Shown here: piece by piece, positions 38,190-40,397 of the stretch
Layout of the letters: each line of letters begins with the position of its first letter
Position numbering within the stretch: position 1 is the stretch's first letter
DNA from: Acaryochloridaceae cyanobacterium VAR_48_metabat_390
GTDB lineage: Bacteria; Cyanobacteriota; Cyanobacteriia; Thermosynechococcales; Thermosynechococcaceae
Assembly (NCBI GenBank): GCA_031422435.1
Contig: JANPLU010000057.1
Location: forward strand, 1 to 40,397
Length of the DNA: 40,397 nucleotides
Reading direction: 5' to 3'
Notes under the pieces: model-generated
What the model was told of the DNA's origin: nothing
Database searches by the model: none
The model's input: the letters and a program-made list of their open reading frames with translations, nothing else
Translations under genes and position numbers: made by a program

Positions 38190-38829
38190 ATGGCACAAGG
38201 CTTTAGCAGAGCTGAAAAGCGCCGTCAGAAACTGGAGGCACGTCATGCCTTCTTGAGTGAACTCCATCGGATTGTGCTGTGAGACAATTTTCGTAGCTGT
38301 CTTGACAAATTGCCAAAACAAGCCCCTCACCGTAAAGCAGGGCGGAAGCCCATAGACCTATTGCGGCTGTTTAAACTGCTGATTTTGCAGCAACTTTATA
38401 ATCTCAGCAATGAAGCGCTCGAATACCAAACTCATGACTCATTCCGACGCTTTGTTGGACTTAGCCTCAGTGCTGAAGCCCCTGATTCTAAAACCTTGTG
38501 GCTATTTCGAGAACGAATGACTTAACAGAGGAACAAAAAGCAACGAATCGGAATAATAAGGGTGCGCGCCCAAGTCGAGCATGTCTTTGGTGCATGGGTC
38601 ATGGGCATGGGGAGTAAACTGGTGCGCTGTATGAAGGTAAAGCGAGTAAGTGCTTAACTCGGCTTGAAAGATTTGGCTTATAACCTCAAGCGGTATCTGT
38701 TTTGGAGAAAGAAGGAGGATAAGACAATGCAGGCTTAGTGTGTCTAAAATGCTGGAAATGTGTGCAAGAGAGGGTTCATATCCCTAATGTCAACTCCATT
38801 TCTTAAGAAAATCTTTTTTCGAGGTGCCC
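38190..38829 (+). mobile_element. Internally deleted IS5-family element (transposase pseudogene plus right end)
   Basis: GRKP..FKLLILQQLYNLS..SFRRFVGL..PDSKTLWLFRER is joined in frame to RVRAQVEHVFG..LAYNLKRY. Three internal stops. TTTTTCGAGGTGCCC resembles an IS5-type terminal repeat. Confidence 0.85.
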
Positions 38830-38850
38830 AAAAGTCTATTCGGGGAGTAT

Positions 38851-40397
38851 TTAACCTGATAGAGCTGCTTCGGGCAATGCACCCTGCATTTTGCCTAACC
38901 ACTCAATTAAATGCTCAAGCTGCTGATCGGCCTTCAGCATCCCTAAGCCGCGCACCGTTACTTTGCCTGTGCTGTATACGAAACGCGATCGCAGATGTTC
39001 TGGCAAGTTTTCCGCCAGTAAATTCCAGGCAGGTTCTTCCATCGGGGTTTCCAGAATGACGTGCTGTTTGGCCTCTGGCTTAATGCGGGAGAAACCTAGG
39101 GATTTGCCAATTTGCTTCAGCTCCACGATGCGGATGAGCTGCTGCGCTGCGGGGGGCGGGGAACCATAGCGATCGCACCAGTCCACCACAATTTGCGTGA
39201 GTTCCTGCTTGGAATTGGCGGAGGCTACAGCGCGATAGGCGCTCATCTTCTGGTCAGGGTCGGGGATGTAGTCTGAGGGGATAAAGGCGGTGAGGCTGAG
39301 ATCGATTTGAGTGTCGTCTACCTGTGGGATAGCCTGACCGCGAATTTCGTTGATGGCTTCTTGGAGCATTTCCATGTAAAGGTCAAAGCCAATCACATCC
39401 ATTTGACCGGATTGTTCTGCACCCAAGAGATTGCCTACACCACGAATTTCCATGTCTCGCATGGCAAGCTGATAGCCAGAGCCAAGCTGGGTGAACTCCT
39501 GAAGCGCTCGCAGCCGCTGCCTTGCCACGTCGGTTAGGGAATGGGCATTGGGGTAAAACAGCCACGCATGGGCTTGGATTCCAGCGCGACCCACCCTTCC
39601 GCGAAGCTGGTAGAGCTGGGATAATCCGAACTTTTGCGCGTCTTCAATCACGATGGTGTTGACGCGGGGGATATCTAGCCCAGACTCGATGATGGTGGTA
39701 CAGACGAGAATATCGGCATCGCCATTGCCGAAGGTGAGCATTGTAGCTTCGAGTTCGCCTTCGTTCATTTGACCGTGAGCCGTTTCAATGCGGGCGCTGG
39801 GCACCATTTCTAGCAGCTTTGCGGCAATCTCTTCAATGCCCTCTACGCGAGGTACCACGTAAAACACCTGACCGCCTCGGTCTAGCTCTTGGCGCACCGC
39901 ACTGCGAATGGTTTCGCCGTCGTAGGGAGAGAGATGGGTTTTGATAGGGCGACGGGCAGGGGGCGGAGTGGTAATCAGGCTCATCTCTCGCACTCCAGAC
40001 AGCGCCATATAGAGGGTGCGTGGAATGGGGGTGGCGCTGAGGGTCAATACATCCACTTGGGTTTTGAGAGACTTTATTTTTTCCTTTTGGTTCACGCCAA
40101 AGCGCTGTTCTTCGTCGATGACTAGCAGTCCTAAGTCCTTAAAGTTAACGCCTTTGCCTAAGAGCTGATGGGTGCCCACTACGATATCTAACTCTCCGGT
40201 TTGGAGGCGCTGCTGGATAGTGCGGCGTTCTTCGGCAGAGCGGAAGCGGTTGAGCAAGCCCACTTCGATGGGGTAAGGGGAAAACCGTTCCTTGAGGGTG
40301 TGGTAGTGCTGCTGGGTCAGGATGGTGGTGGGCGCTAGCAGTGCAACCTGTTTACCTGCTGTAACCGCTTTAAAGATGGCGCGGATAGCAACCTCAG
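38851..40397 (-). CDS. mfd: Transcription-repair coupling factor Mfd, 3' part (runs off the right edge)
   Basis: [43 protein letters not shown] and a TRCF C-terminal domain. Confidence 0.96.
   Translation of the reverse strand, partial: EVAIRAIFKAVTAGKQVALLAPTTILTQQHYHTLKERFSPYPIEVGLLNRFRSAEERRTIQQRLQTGELDIVVGTHQLLGKGVNFKDLGLLVIDEEQRFGVNQKEKIKSLKTQVDVLTLSATPIPRTLYMALSGVREMSLITTPPPARRPIKTHLSPYDGETIRSAVRQELDRGGQVFYVVPRVEGIEEIAAKLLEMVPSARIETAHGQMNEGELEATMLTFGNGDADILVCTTIIESGLDIPRVNTIVIEDAQKFGLSQLYQLRGRVGRAGIQAHAWLFYPNAHSLTDVARQRLRALQEFTQLGSGYQLAMRDMEIRGVGNLLGAEQSGQMDVIGFDLYMEMLQEAINEIRGQAIPQVDDTQIDLSLTAFIPSDYIPDPDQKMSAYRAVASANSKQELTQIVVDWCDRYGSPPPAAQQLIRIVELKQIGKSLGFSRIKPEAKQHVILETPMEEPAWNLLAENLPEHLRSRFVYSTGKVTVRGLGMLKADQQLEHLIEWLGKMQGALPEAALSG

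Overview
Cyanobacterial chromosomal segment. The HIP1 octamer GCGATCGC recurs more than 30 times by eye, and ycf34, ycf51 and por are present. It is mostly housekeeping: a partial Wzx-type flippase, avtA, rimM, ferredoxin, pfkA, recG, cyclophilin, a cobalamin-riboswitch/cbtB/cobW operon, a stand-alone EF-G paralogue, rpsA, ABC-F, nrdR, Mn-SOD, typA, a Spy/CpxP plus two-component module, por and partial mfd. Several accessory pockets interrupt this. The most notable structure is a 2.85-kb integrase-less islet at the recG 3' end. It is flanked by a 102-bp duplication of the recG tail that starts at a HIP1 site, and paired-HIP1 spacers divide it into modules: an orphan antitoxin, a RelE/YafQ-type toxin-antitoxin pair, and an HNH nuclease with an unusual N-terminal domain between two attC-like hairpins. 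A second candidate system is the B12-riboswitch operon, where an internally duplicated 4-TM His/Met-motif protein sits where cbtA would be expected. Other points are a stand-alone DXCF cyanobacteriochrome-like GAF protein, a nonsense-inactivated HEPN toxin, a structured uORF-containing leader on the EF-G paralogue, and decayed IS630 and IS5 remnants. All family calls come from motif recognition by eye; no database searches were run.
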